Virus record (IMG/VR): IMGVR_UViG_3300015607_003969
Span: 62,001-125,659 of that record
DNA from: an uncultured virus (IMG/VR IMGVR_UViG_3300015607_003969)
Lineage: Duplodnaviria; Heunggongvirae; Uroviricota; Caudoviricetes
Strand: one strand, 5' to 3'
Length of the DNA: 63,659 nt
Shown here: piece after piece, positions 1 to 10,318 of the stretch
Position numbering within the stretch: the first letter of the stretch is position 1
How the letters are laid out: the number at the start of each line of letters is the position of its first letter
The notes under the pieces: model-generated
Seen by the model: the letters and a program-made list of their open reading frames with translations, nothing else
What the model was told of the DNA's origin: nothing
Database searches by the model: none
Position numbers and translations under genes: made by a program

Positions 1-2
1 TC

Positions 3-338
3 GGACGCAGGCGCTACCTGCCGGCCATCGCATCCCCCAACCCCTATGAGCGCTGGCGTGCAGGTCGTCAGGGGGCAAACGCCATCATCCAGGGGACAGC
101 GGCTGAAATCGCCAAGTGCTCCATGCTCCGCTTGGCGCACGAGGGTCTGCTCAACGAGTGGGGCTGGTGCATGCTCTCCCAGATCCACGACGAGATCCTC
201 TTCGAGGGGCCTGAGGAGACCGCTGATATGGCGATCCCGATCATCAAGGATGCGATGGAAAACCCCTTCCAAACCAGGTATGCAGCGCCGCTGCGCACCA
301 AACCGGCCAAGGGGGCCACGTGGTATGACGCAAAGTAA
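3..338 (+). CDS. polA: DNA polymerase family A, C-terminal fragment (5' truncated by the window)
   Basis: Frame from nt 3 reads GRRRYLP...RQGANAIIQGTAAEIAK...SQIHDEILFE...GATWYDAK, i.e. PolA motif C and the typical C-terminus. Confidence 0.93.
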   Translation, partial: GRRRYLPAIASPNPYERWRAGRQGANAIIQGTAAEIAKCSMLRLAHEGLLNEWGWCMLSQIHDEILFEGPEETADMAIPIIKDAMENPFQTRYAAPLRTKPAKGATWYDAK

Positions 339-678
339 GCTCAAGGTGTTCTGGGACAACCTCCACTGGTACGGCTCCGAGTACGTGGAGGTAAATCATA
401 TGCTTCTCTGGTCCAGATGGGACTGTGAGAGCTTCACCGTGTACCCCGAAGGGAGTGCTCAAGTCTGGGCCGTTTGCGGGCTGCTCAACGGCAAAGCATT
501 CCCGGAGCCCCGTCGAAAGACCTGCCGTATCTGCGATTTCATGTGCGGGCGTGCGAACGACCAGTGGGACAGTCTTGCAAGGTACGACCTGCCCCTCCTG
601 GAAGAGCGACAACATCTGGTCAGGCTCGTGCGCCTGCTCGAAATCGTGTACTCCGAAAGGGTGTTCGGGATACTCTGA
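325..678 (+). CDS. Hypothetical protein (CxxC)
   Basis: ATG at 325 overlaps the polA end; 117 aa with CRIC. Confidence 0.6.
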   Translation: MTQSKLKVFWDNLHWYGSEYVEVNHMLLWSRWDCESFTVYPEGSAQVWAVCGLLNGKAFPEPRRKTCRICDFMCGRANDQWDSLARYDLPLLEERQHLVRLVRLLEIVYSERVFGIL

Positions 679-682
679 TCTC

Positions 683-853
683 ATGAACAACAACGGCATG
701 GACAAGCTCGGCGTGGATACCCCGGAGCAGGACAAGAACGGACAGAAGCTCGCGGCCTCCTCGGACACCTGTCCGATCTGTGGCAGGCGGGTCGAGCGCA
801 ACGGTCGGGTGGTGCGCTGCCCGGTGCACGGCAGCGAACCCTTCGAGGGCTAA
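683..853 (+). CDS. Small zinc-ribbon protein
   Basis: MNNNGMDK...KLAASSDTCPICG...RCPVHG; TACTCT 6 nt before the ATG. Confidence 0.6.
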   Translation: MNNNGMDKLGVDTPEQDKNGQKLAASSDTCPICGRRVERNGRVVRCPVHGSEPFEG

Positions 854-855
854 AA

Positions 856-900
856 ACCGGCGTTTAGCCGTAACAACCAAGCTGACGGCTAAACGCCGGT
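856..900. repeat. Perfect 16-bp inverted repeat with 13-nt loop
   Basis: accggcgtttagccgt (856-871) / acggctaaacgccggt (885-900), directly before the GGAGG RBS of 910. Confidence 0.85.
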
Positions 901-909
901 GGAGGTTGT

Positions 910-1296
910 ATGGGTACAACGGTCTTCAAGGAAGACGACGAGTCTTCCACATGGGTCTGGGCCGAAGATTGGGTTCTGGACGGGGCAACGATCGAGTTCA
1001 TCATCGAGTACCAGGAGGTCAAAGGGCTCGACCTGTCGAAGGTTCTGCCTGAATCTGGGCTGGATCTCTTCAAGGTGTTCGGGGGCGTGGGCGTTCTGGC
1101 CACTGAACCGGGTTACGGGTGGTCCGTATCCCTTGCCGTCGGCGGAGACTTGATGGTTCGGAAGGTGTTCGAGCTGTCTCGACCTACTCTGGCGGTGCTC
1201 AAGCCTGGGAAGGCGCCCGACGATGCCAGAGCCGCCGCTCTCCGGGCCTTGCAGCCCTTCGTGAGCGGGCTCCGAGCCTTCGTGGGTGGGCTTTGA
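910..1296 (+). CDS. Hypothetical protein
   Basis: GGAGG RBS, 128 aa, stop overlaps the next start. Confidence 0.65.
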   Translation: MGTTVFKEDDESSTWVWAEDWVLDGATIEFIIEYQEVKGLDLSKVLPESGLDLFKVFGGVGVLATEPGYGWSVSLAVGGDLMVRKVFELSRPTLAVLKPGKAPDDARAAALRALQPFVSGLRAFVGGL

Positions 1297-2084
1297 AGCT
1301 CACCTGCATCGACGACCTGCCCCCCGCCTCCGAAGATCTTGAGATCACGGAGGACTGGGCCCTGGGCAGCCTCTACGACAAAACCTTCGAGCTGGAAGCC
1401 GAGGGGGCCCGCGAGCCTGGGGTTCATGCGAGCGAGGTCTCTAGCTGCCTCCGCCACAACTACTACACCATGCTTGGCTTGGAGCCCACAGACAAGCCGA
1501 GGATCGAGGACAGCAAGAGGTTCAAGATCGGCCACCTCGTGCACGCCATGGTGCAACGTCAGTACGGGCTCCTGAACGACGAGGAGCTGAGCTTCGAGGC
1601 CGAGGTTCCTACGGCCGACACCCCCGTGGGCAGGGAGTGGCAGATCACTTCGCGTTGCGATGGTGTCTTCACCTGGCGAAAGTGCGGGCAGGTTATTCGC
1701 CGGGTTGGCCTGGAAATCAAGACCTGTTCCGCGGACGAGTGGAGGAGGATCAAAGCCCCTGAGAAGCGGCACATCATCCAGGCGCACATCTACATGAAGT
1801 GCCTAGACCTACCGTTGCTCTGGTTCTTCTACTACAACAAGAGCACGCAGGCCGTTAAACCCATGGCTAGCCCGTGGCTCATCCGCTTCGATAAGGAGGT
1901 CTGGCAAGAGATAGAGCCCAGGATTCACTCCCTGCTTGAGTACGTCATTTCCCGGGAGGAGCCGCCTCCGGAGAAGGGATTTCACTGCATGTTCTGCGCT
2001 CAGAGGTCCAGGTGCTTCCGCGCTGAGCGGGAGGATCTTCATATCAACGATCCGTTGGTGTACGCACCCGATGGATCGACCTAG
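1293..2084 (+). CDS. Cas4-like PD-(D/E)XK exonuclease (Fe-S type)
   Basis: TTG start; HASEVSSC, GHLVH, RCDG, LEIKT, QAHIYM and C-terminal HCMFCAQRSRC. Confidence 0.82.
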   Translation: MKLTCIDDLPPASEDLEITEDWALGSLYDKTFELEAEGAREPGVHASEVSSCLRHNYYTMLGLEPTDKPRIEDSKRFKIGHLVHAMVQRQYGLLNDEELSFEAEVPTADTPVGREWQITSRCDGVFTWRKCGQVIRRVGLEIKTCSADEWRRIKAPEKRHIIQAHIYMKCLDLPLLWFFYYNKSTQAVKPMASPWLIRFDKEVWQEIEPRIHSLLEYVISREEPPPEKGFHCMFCAQRSRCFRAEREDLHINDPLVYAPDGST

Positions 2085-2676
2085 TTTTGAGCAGATCTAC
2101 CTGCAACACGCCATCGCCATCGCTCAGAGGAGCACCTGTTGCAGGTTGCAGGTCGGCACAGTCATCACAAGCCTTGACCATCGTTACGTGTACGCCGTCG
2201 GCTACAACGGCAACGCACAAGGCTTCAACAACGGATGTGATGCTGCCACACCTGGCGGGTGTGGCTGCATACACTCCGAAGCAAACGCCATCATCAACTG
2301 CGTAGTCGAGCGCAGCGTCAGGAAGATGGTCTACATGACGCACAGCCCGTGTCGCATGTGCGCCAAGATGCTGATCAATCTGGGCGGTATCGACACCGTC
2401 GTCTATCTGGATGTGTACCGAGACGCCAGCGGGGCTGATCTGCTGCGCCAGGCCGGTATCTCTGTGAGGGTTGGAGTAAGGAATATGAAGATGATGATCG
2501 GACGCTTCGTACGCGTCACGCTGAAGAACAAGGAGGTCCTGGAGGGTAAGCTCCTCGCATCGGACCATGAGCACACCATCGTGCTTCAGCGCCACAACAA
2601 GCTTCGAGCCGTGCGCAACAGCTCGGACGTGCAGGCCATTGACGAGATCCCCGAGATCGAGGAGGACTACCCGTGA
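2071..2676 (+). CDS. dCMP deaminase with C-terminal Sm/Lsm-like domain
   Basis: RSTC.RLQVG, GYNG, HSEANAI, THSPCRMCAK; C-terminal IGRFVRVTLKNKEVLEGKLLASD. Confidence 0.87.
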   Translation: MDRPSFEQIYLQHAIAIAQRSTCCRLQVGTVITSLDHRYVYAVGYNGNAQGFNNGCDAATPGGCGCIHSEANAIINCVVERSVRKMVYMTHSPCRMCAKMLINLGGIDTVVYLDVYRDASGADLLRQAGISVRVGVRNMKMMIGRFVRVTLKNKEVLEGKLLASDHEHTIVLQRHNKLRAVRNSSDVQAIDEIPEIEEDYP

Positions 2677-3299
2677 AACTCGTGGCCCTGTGTGGGAAAG
2701 CAGGCGTAGGTAAAACTACGGTGGGCACGCTGCTGGAGAGGGAGCACCAGTTTACGGCCATCGCGCTGGCTGATCCCATGAAGCGCTTCCTCCAGGACGT
2801 ATTCAAGCTGACGTACATGACGCTGTGGGGCCCGAGCGAGTGCCGCAACGAGGACCTCGGGATCGGTACCTACAACGGCGAGCCGATCACCGCTCGTGTC
2901 CTTCTGCAAACGTTGGGCACGGAGTGGGGGCAGGCCATGTGCAAGGACGTGTGGGTGAACTACGCGTTGGGCGAGGTGGAGAAGCTGAAAGGCCGCTACA
3001 CGGTCTACGGGCCAACCTCCGGTACGAAATACAGCCACAAGTGGGACGTGCCGCGTTCAGGCGTGGTGATCACCGACGTGCGGTTCCAACACGAAGTCGA
3101 CGCCCTGATCCTGAAGGGCGCGGACTTCATCCACATCCATCGTGCCGTGGACCCCCTGCCTGGCAAGGCCGCCACACACGCATCCGAAGCCGGGGTGGAC
3201 CTGAAAGACGCCAACGTCCTGCACATCGTCAACGATGGGAGCCTCGACGACCTCAAGAGACAGGTGGCCTTCGCCGTGGAGCACTTGCGTGAACGATGA
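2673..3299 (+). CDS. Deoxynucleoside monophosphate kinase
   Basis: P-loop GKAGVGKTT, ADPMK, RVLLQTLGTEWG, ITDVRFQHE, HASE. Confidence 0.87.
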   Translation: MKLVALCGKAGVGKTTVGTLLEREHQFTAIALADPMKRFLQDVFKLTYMTLWGPSECRNEDLGIGTYNGEPITARVLLQTLGTEWGQAMCKDVWVNYALGEVEKLKGRYTVYGPTSGTKYSHKWDVPRSGVVITDVRFQHEVDALILKGADFIHIHRAVDPLPGKAATHASEAGVDLKDANVLHIVNDGSLDDLKRQVAFAVEHLRER

Positions 3300-3936
3300 T
3301 CTCCCACCGCCACCGCCGCGAGGCCTTGGCCTCGACGACCTGACGCTACAGCTCAGCGTCAGCGATCAAGAAGCCCTGGAGCTGAAGCGTCGGTTTGATG
3401 CCACCCTCGACGAGGCTTGTGCTCGCGTGGAGTCCCTCGGAGTACCCGTGTCCATGGACAAGCCTAGCATCGAATACCCTGCCCTCGGCGTCTCGCACCT
3501 GGAGGGCGGACCGCCAGCAGCCTACGGGGTCGCCTGGGATCAGCACCTTGCCTGGCTCGGGTACCTCGATATGCTCCTGGCGCAGCTTCGGTCCCAGAAG
3601 ATCGCGGCAGACAACGCAGAGCGCACCCTGCTGTCCGAGGTGCGTAAGAAGCTCGTGGAGGTCAACAAGGGCTTGCCAAGGGACGCCAAGATGTCCCAGG
3701 AGGCCCTGGACGACATCGTGCGAACCAACCCGGTCTACCTCCAAGCGCAGATCGAGGCCCAGAGGTGGGCACAGGGCGTCCTCCTGGTCGAGAGCAGGAT
3801 CAGCAGCCTCACAAAGAACATGCAAGCCATCTCCAGGCACATTACCCTGCGTGGGCAGGAGCGGGACCTTGGTTATGGAGGTTCCCGGTCCTTCACGGAC
3901 CCTCCCGTGCGACCCCCAAGCAACTGGCCCAGATGA
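3289..3936 (+). CDS. Helical/coiled-coil replication-cluster protein (possibly a recombination mediator)
   Basis: GTG at 3289; long amphipathic helices; coupled to both neighbours. Confidence 0.65.
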   Translation: MNDDLPPPPPRGLGLDDLTLQLSVSDQEALELKRRFDATLDEACARVESLGVPVSMDKPSIEYPALGVSHLEGGPPAAYGVAWDQHLAWLGYLDMLLAQLRSQKIAADNAERTLLSEVRKKLVEVNKGLPRDAKMSQEALDDIVRTNPVYLQAQIEAQRWAQGVLLVESRISSLTKNMQAISRHITLRGQERDLGYGGSRSFTDPPVRPPSNWPR

Positions 3937-4403
3937 AACCTCTCGTCTACAGCTTCCCCCTTCCGCCCTCGGTCAACACGCTCTACTTCAACAACGGGCA
4001 CGGTAGGAGCCTCTCTACGGAGGGTAGGGCGTACAAGGCCCGCGTCATCGGTGCGATCGTGTCCTCTGCACAGACGCACCAGTTCCCCGACGACCCGGCG
4101 CTCAAGGGCCTGAAGCGTCTCGGCCTGGAGATCAGCCTCTACCTGGAAGAGGTGGAGAACGCCGGTTGGCCGGGTAAGGCTAAAAGCAGGTATAAGAGGG
4201 TGGATGCGAGCAATCGCGTCAAGGTGCTGGAAGACGCAGTGTCCGAGGCTTTGGGCCTGGACGACAGCTGCTTTTTCCAGGTGACCGTGCGTAAGGGCCG
4301 TGCCCCCGACGGCAAGCCTTACTGCGTCGTCCGTGTCTTCGAGCTGGAGGATAACGATGGGGGTAGAACGAGCGAACAAAACCGAACTGATCCAGGCGTG
4401 TAG
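3933..4403 (+). CDS. rusA: RusA-like Holliday junction resolvase
   Basis: PLPPSVNTLY, RVDASNRVKVLEDAV...LDDS RusA motifs. Confidence 0.87.
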   Translation: MKPLVYSFPLPPSVNTLYFNNGHGRSLSTEGRAYKARVIGAIVSSAQTHQFPDDPALKGLKRLGLEISLYLEEVENAGWPGKAKSRYKRVDASNRVKVLEDAVSEALGLDDSCFFQVTVRKGRAPDGKPYCVVRVFELEDNDGGRTSEQNRTDPGV

Positions 4404-4695
4404 GCGAGCAGGGCTGCCTGTTAGCCATTCCTTCAGCAGGGAGCGCCTGATCAGCATCCTGGAGGGCGAGTCCCCTCCTTCACAGCAAGACCGAGTTGCG
4501 GACCTCCGCTCCGCCATCATGGCCTTCTTGATCGAGAACAAGACGATCCTGAGGGCCCAGATCACGTGCCCCGCAAGGAGCTTCGAGCCCGATGCGTGCG
4601 ATGGCTGCGTGGAGCTCCAGCCCGTATTTTGCTTGAAATCCGTAGGCCCGTCGGCCGCAACCAAGATCAGCCTGAAGAGGAAACTGTGCCCATAG
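4357..4695 (+). CDS. Hypothetical Cys-containing protein
   Basis: GGAGG RBS; CPARS...CDGC...C. Confidence 0.6.
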   Translation: MGVERANKTELIQACRRAGLPVSHSFSRERLISILEGESPPSQQDRVADLRSAIMAFLIENKTILRAQITCPARSFEPDACDGCVELQPVFCLKSVGPSAATKISLKRKLCP

Positions 4696-5522
4696 CTCAC
4701 AACCCGTTGAACAATGACCCCGTACCGTTGCCCAGAAGCCTGGAGGAGCTGACAGGTACCGCACGGATCGTCGTGTGGCGCCTTGCCAAGCAGGTGCTCA
4801 CCGATGAGGAGCGTGCTCCGCTAACGCCCCTCCCCACCGCAGACATCATCAACGCTCTGTGGAATCTCCTGGTGAAGAAAAATCTGGTGCCCGCTGCTGA
4901 GGGCGGGGATGTGCAGGCCCCGGCAGAGGTGCTGCGAAGCGTCGTGGCCTCTCGCGGCGCGATGATCACGGAAGAGGGTGAAGATCCCTCCGAGGAGGGG
5001 TCTCCGGACCAAGGGACGCCTTTGCCAGCGCCTCCACCGCCCCCGCGGCCCGAGCCCTCCCCGCCTGCGGCGGCTATCAGCGCCCCACCGCCCCCTCCTG
5101 CTGCGACGCCCGCCTCAGAGGTCGTCCGGACTCCACGCGTGCGCAGGACCAAGGCCCAGATGGAGGCCGCCCAAGGTGGGCCTCCGCCCCCGCCCGCGGC
5201 TGCGCCGGACCCGCGGATCGACCAGCTCGTGAGCCAGGTGTCTGAGATCGTGGTGCAGCTCGGGCGGCTCTCCACGCTGGCGAATATGATCAGCAGCCTG
5301 AACGACGAGCTCGGCCGGAGGATGGAGCACTACCTGGAGCTCTTCACCCGATCGAACACCACGATGGCGTCCGGCATCTCTGACCAGCTCCGCAACGAGA
5401 TGCGCTCCATGATCGGAGACCTCAGCGAGGAGATCCAGCGCATCAAGCTCGTGCAGGACATCATCCTGGAGGACGCCCTCGGTATGAACGCTGAGAGCGT
5501 CAAGCAGCGCCTGAAGAGCTAA
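4686..5522 (+). CDS. Hypothetical Pro-rich/coiled-coil protein
   Basis: GTG with GAGG RBS; polyproline linker, RRTKAQ motif, C-terminal coiled coil. Confidence 0.7.
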   Translation: MPIAHNPLNNDPVPLPRSLEELTGTARIVVWRLAKQVLTDEERAPLTPLPTADIINALWNLLVKKNLVPAAEGGDVQAPAEVLRSVVASRGAMITEEGEDPSEEGSPDQGTPLPAPPPPPRPEPSPPAAAISAPPPPPAATPASEVVRTPRVRRTKAQMEAAQGGPPPPPAAAPDPRIDQLVSQVSEIVVQLGRLSTLANMISSLNDELGRRMEHYLELFTRSNTTMASGISDQLRNEMRSMIGDLSEEIQRIKLVQDIILEDALGMNAESVKQRLKS

Positions 5523-5960
5523 CCGGTGGACGAGCAGCACGAAGCCGCCAAAGAGCGCCGTGCTGACTACGCCCGCCACAGCTCCAAACCACACCGTCTT
5601 GTAGAAGGGCTCGGGGGTTTGGAGCTGCTTTTCTAGCCCCTGAATCCGGAGCTGCTGCTCCGCGACAGCTTGCAGGTTCAGGTTAAGCTTGAGTTGCAAG
5701 GCTTGGGTCTGCCTCTGGAGCTCCACAGCGTCCAGCTGCTGTTGCAGCTCCACGTCTGTCTTCAGCCTCAGCTTGTACTGCTGAAGGTAGTTAGCCCAAC
5801 GCAGAGCAGTGCTGCTCTCGTAGAGTGCGCCAGAGAAGGGAGCAGGGTCCCCCTTCTGTACGATGACGATCTTATCCTCCCCAGGAGGGATCGGTTGCAC
5901 CTGGCCGTGCGCCAACGGGCTGTAGAGCAGCACGCCAAGCGCATAACCAACCGATCGCAC
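5520..5960 (-). CDS. Exported coiled-coil protein with C-terminal TM helix (spanin-like candidate)
   Basis: GTG with GGAGG; signal peptide, coiled coil, TM; ends at TTA 5520-5522 (code 11 would run to 5115, antisense through the neighbour). Confidence 0.62.
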
Positions 5961-6438
5961 CGCCGCCTCCGTTGGCCATGTTCTTGTAGTTGGCCATGAG
6001 GGAGTTGACGTCGTTGCCCTGGCTCCACCCGCCATAGGCGCCCATAGGGTTGGCCAGCGAGGGGCGCATCGACATCGAGGCAAGCTCCGAGAACGTGGAC
6101 ATGCCTCCGAGGCGGTTGCCGCCCGAGATCCCCAAGCTCTTCGGGGTCATGGAGTACGCCTGGGCGCTCCCGCCATTGCCCTGCTCCCAGCCGCCGGTGG
6201 CCTGTCGGGCCATCTTTTGGAGCTCCTCAGCCAGCAGGTTAAGGCGCAGCTCAGCGGTCTTTGCCGTATCTCCCAGGAAGGCGTTCGCGGCCAGGAAGAG
6301 CCCCGGGTGCTTGTAAGCGAGGCGCGCTGCTGCACCCCGGCGCATACCGGCGCTGATGCTCTCTCGCAGGGTAGCGGGGGAGAGCTCCCCCTCCTCCGGG
6401 TCCGCTTCAGCGATCTTTTTCAGTCGGTGTGCGTACAT
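5944..6438 (-). CDS. Hypothetical probable virion protein with KxA motifs
   Basis: KKIA, KTA, EELQKMA, Gly/Met-rich tail; ends at TTA 5944-5946 (code-11 end 5872). Confidence 0.6.
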
Positions 6439-6727
6439 CTTTGCCAGCCTCCAGGAGGTACTTTAGCAGCTTTTCGGTATCGTCTTCCAGCGCAGGGGCG
6501 GAGGCCTTGGCCTTGTCCTCGAAGTCCTGCACCGCGGTGTCGTGGGCATCCTTCGCCTCCTTGGCGCCCTGGTCGGCCTGCTGCTGGAGCTTATCCAGGT
6601 CCGCTTTCGAGGGCTCCTTGGCTGCGACCGCACCCGGAGCAGGCGCCCCCGGCTTGAACAGGAAGACAAGAAAGCCCGTCAGGCCGAAGGCACAGATCAG
6701 CAACAGACCCACGTCCGTGGAATCCAT
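6407..6727 (-). CDS. N-terminal TM plus coiled-coil protein (i-spanin-like candidate)
   Basis: Hydrophobic N-terminus followed by a charged helical region. Confidence 0.6.
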   Translation of the reverse strand: MDSTDVGLLLICAFGLTGFLVFLFKPGAPAPGAVAAKEPSKADLDKLQQQADQGAKEAKDAHDTAVQDFEDKAKASAPALEDDTEKLLKYLLEAGKDVRTPTEKDR

Positions 6728-7344
6728 AACAGCTCAACCGCCTTGGCCACCAGAAGGATTACCCCCGAAGTTGTGGAAGAGACTCCGGTGTTCTGGATCT
6801 GCAAGGCGAGGGCACAGCGGTCGTTAACCCCCCCACCCCCGTTGAGACGGCAGGTCTTGAGCGCGGCAGCAGTGGGCGGGATGATCACGCCCCAGGTGGA
6901 GCTGCCAGAGATGATCACCGCCTCGGAGAAGTGCGCGCTGTCCTTGTGCGCGAGGGAGTTGTCGAAGGTGTGCAGCGTGATCGTATCTTCGTCCGTGGTC
7001 GGGAACCCGCCGTTCGTGATGTCCGAGCCGAAGTAGACCGTAAGCTCCGTAAAGAGCAGGTTGTTCTGGCCCGTCGGGCTGTCCTCCTGAGGGGCGCGCC
7101 AGGTCATCAGGTTCAGGTACTTGGTGCCAGAGTGCGTGAAAGACTTGCTGGGGTAGGAGCCCGAGAAGTCCATGTAGTCGCCGGACGCCGTTACGGGCAG
7201 AGTCAGAAGCCAGCTGAACACGACTTCAGATCCGACGTAGGCTGCGGGTGACCCGGGTTGAAGGGTGTCACTGCCAATCTTGTTGGGCAGCGCACCCGTC
7301 GTGTTTTGCCAGGCGTACCGGTATCGATGCGGGGAGGTGATCAT
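6727..7344 (-). CDS. Putative tail-associated structural protein
   Basis: Beta-rich; in the structural operon; ends at TTA 6727-6729 as a TTATG overlap (code-11 end 6697). Confidence 0.65.
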
Positions 7345-9647
7345 AACGTGCTGTACCTCTGCACACTCATGAGGATTTTGCCGCTAGGTAGGACAAGGCC
7401 CTTGTAAGTATCGATGGACCCGGTGACCCCGCTCAACAGTCCGTCTTCGGGGCTCTCGAACAGCACATCGCTGCTCCAGGCGCCGCTCTCGATCTGCCCA
7501 GCGCCGCCGTCCTCGAAGAAGGTGATCTGGAAGACCGTTCCGGAGGCAAAGGTGGGCAGGCCGATGCTGTTGAAGGTGACGGGGCTAGCCGTCATGCGCA
7601 CGTAGACGTGGGAAGCGCTAGCGAAGTCCGAGGTGAGATTAAGGATCTGCGACCCGGGTGTGCTGCACACCTTCGTAGCCGTCACCATCTTCATCGCCGT
7701 AGCCGCAACGCTCCCGTTGATCGTGCCGCTGCAATAGATGTTGAGGCAGGTGATGTCGTTCGCATCGATGTCCGAGCACTGCACGTCGCCCACTACGCTG
7801 ATGGCGTTGGCGAAGAGCAGGTCGAAGTGGCAATCATCCGCCGCGGTGATGGCCTGACAGGTAATGTCGCGACAGTTGATGCTGCCGTCGCCGAGTAGCT
7901 TGGCGTGGACGATGTACTTACCGCCGCTGGCCCCCAAGTCCAGCCTGTAGCCGCCCCAGCGAAGGGCAGCGTAAGTGCCCGCGTTGTTGGAGGCGCCAAA
8001 GTAGGCACCATCTCCGGCAAGAACCTGGTCCGCGGTGTCATCCGTGCTCTGGGGCAGGGAGACGCAGACCATACTTCCGTGCTCGAACAAGGCGGCGCTG
8101 GGGTGCGCCAGCTTGTCTTGCAGTTCGCCCAGCCCGTCCAGGACGCCGAAGGTGGGGGTAAGCACGCGAACCAGAGTCCCGACACGCACCACCGCTGGAA
8201 GGGGGGAGGCCGAGCCGTCCACCGCACACACCAGAGCTCGCGTGCTCGTGGGGAGGGACATCACACGGTAGACCCTGCGAACCGTGGTGTTAGGTGCCAG
8301 AGGGTCGGAGGGGTCTACCCACTCGATCTCCAACAGGCTCCACCCAAGCACCAGCGACGTACGGTTGACGGCGCTGATTGTCTTGGTGAACCAGTTACCG
8401 CTGGTCGTGAGGGTCACCCGATCCTCGCCAGAGACCCTCTGGAGGGTCACCCCTACAGGGACATTCAGGACCGTAGGGGTGGATGTGGTTGTAGACCTCT
8501 TGTCTGGGAACGCGGTGAACGCTGCGAAGTGGTGTAGCCCCGGAGCCGGCGTGCTGGCCGTGCTGCCGTTGTTGAGCGACCTGATGCGCTGACCGACGGA
8601 GACGAATCCCCGGGAGCCCGACACGAACTCTCCAGCCCCTACCCCGTCACCCATGTCATCGTCTTGCAGGGTTGCGGTGTAGAGAGCTCCCAAAAGGTCC
8701 GTGTACGGACTGTTCGAGGCGAGGTGCCGACGACTCAGACCCTGCACAGAGGGGCCTTCCCGCAGGAAGGCACCTCCAGCCCCTGCGGTATCCTTGTCCG
8801 TAGAGTAGCCGTAGGCCGACATGCCGCTGGGCACAGCGGGGGTGATAGAGGTGTTGTTGTAGGCGCCGTTGAGGCCCCGACGCGCCAGAGCATAGACGGT
8901 AGCGTCCCAGGAGCTGAGGTACCCTAGCGAGTCGCCGCGCAGGGCGCGCAACACGGTCTGGATAACGCCCGGGGTGCGCGCAGCGCTGACCATGTTGTGG
9001 GGCAGCAAGTCACCGCGGTGCAGCGTGGACAACGCGCTCCGCTGGCCGCAAACCACGTAATACGTACCTGCGGGAAGGGTGTGGCTAAAGACGAGGGGCA
9101 CGTCCGCCATGTACGGCGGGTCCGGAGACGTGGGCACCCCCGTGATCGCCTGAACCTGCACGGTCTGGTTGGTGCCGCTGTCGATCACTTCGTCATACGC
9201 GGAGTTGAGCAGCCGGAAGTACTTGGGAAGCGTGGCCGAGTTGAGCGCAGTGCCCACGGGGCCCAGGAAGATGTCGCTGTACCCAAACTCCACGTTGTTA
9301 GCAGGGTCCGCCAGCGTGAAGGAGCCCATGAAGTGGACGGGCTGGTCCTGGTTCAGCTCCGAATCCAGAAGGTCCGTGTTCTCCGCCAGAGCGAAGAACG
9401 CCCTGTTCACGAAGTAGCTGACGGCGTCCTCGCCGAAGCCGAGGAAGTAGGTGTACTGGTTGGGTCCGCCGGCCTTGGCCAAGGACGCCACAGCAGCGTT
9501 GCCGGTCTCGCCCCCCGCCAGGACGTTGATCCAGTTGTAGTTCTTACCGTTGATCTGGACCTGCGTGCTGTTGGAGTTGTCGGGTGGCGCCTGCCAACCG
9601 ATCCAGGTACCAGCGCGCAGTCGGTGGAAAATGACCGGGTGAGACAT
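7344..9647 (-). CDS. Putative tail fibre/baseplate-associated protein
   Basis: About 767 aa, Gly/Ser/Thr-rich with a short repeat-like beta segment; ends TTA-TGA overlapping the next ATG. Confidence 0.68.
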
Positions 9648-10318
9648 CAGAACCTCAGCTCCCAGTCGGCCTGGAGGACAATGGCCGAGGTCTTGTGAAG
9701 GACGTGGAACACGTCATAGGCGATCCCCGTGTTGTTGTGGACATGCGTGAAGTTGTCGCTGGTGGAATGCAGCACCAGGAGGATCTCCGACAGCGGCACA
9801 GAGGTGTACGGGCCGTAGCTGATGTCCGTCTCCAGGAAGATCCTGGTGAACCTCACAGAGGTGGTCGTCGGCCTCACGGCAGGGGCCTGCACCTGACCTA
9901 GCCAGATGTCCCCCGCGTCGTAAGGGGGGAGGGAGGTGCCCCCCGTGACACGAACAGGACGCTCCAAACGCTGCACGGCAGGGTTGTCGTCCGTGTTGGC
10001 GTTGGTGCCCGGGTAGTGCGTGACGTAGGGCGCGGCACTGGCCCCCGAGTTGCCCCCCGTAGGGGCCCCCCCAATCCCGAAGCCAATGAAGCGCACCCCC
10101 CGGTCATCAGCCTTCGTGACAGGCAAGCCTGGCGGCGGGCTGCCTGCCGGCAAGGAGGAGTAGCTGATGGCGTCCGGAAGCCACTCCCGACCTAGCGTAA
10201 GAAAGATGTTGTGGGTGTGCCTGCGGGACCCTCCTGGCTTGCGCTTGCCGCGCTCAAATGAGGTGAGCGTCAGGTTGCTGACCACCTCGATTTCCATGGG
10301 TCGGTAGAGTTTCTTCAC
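9647..10318 (-). CDS. Putative baseplate/tail structural protein
   Basis: HNIFLTLGREWL, FIGFGIGG, LERPV, LSEI, WELRF C-terminus; TGATG coupling. Confidence 0.7.
   Translation of the reverse strand: MKKLYRPMEIEVVSNLTLTSFERGKRKPGGSRRHTHNIFLTLGREWLPDAISYSSLPAGSPPPGLPVTKADDRGVRFIGFGIGGAPTGGNSGASAAPYVTHYPGTNANTDDNPAVQRLERPVRVTGGTSLPPYDAGDIWLGQVQAPAVRPTTTSVRFTRIFLETDISYGPYTSVPLSEILLVLHSTSDNFTHVHNNTGIAYDVFHVLHKTSAIVLQADWELRF

Noticed and set aside
1293..2084. Cas4-like gene as part of a CRISPR-Cas system
   Set aside because: No repeat-spacer array or other cas genes seen; solo Cas4-like nucleases are common in phage replication modules.
5115..5519. Long antisense overlap of ORF 5115-6083 with gene 4686-5522
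   Set aside because: Disappears if TTA 5520-5522 terminates; the extension reads like an antisense shadow.
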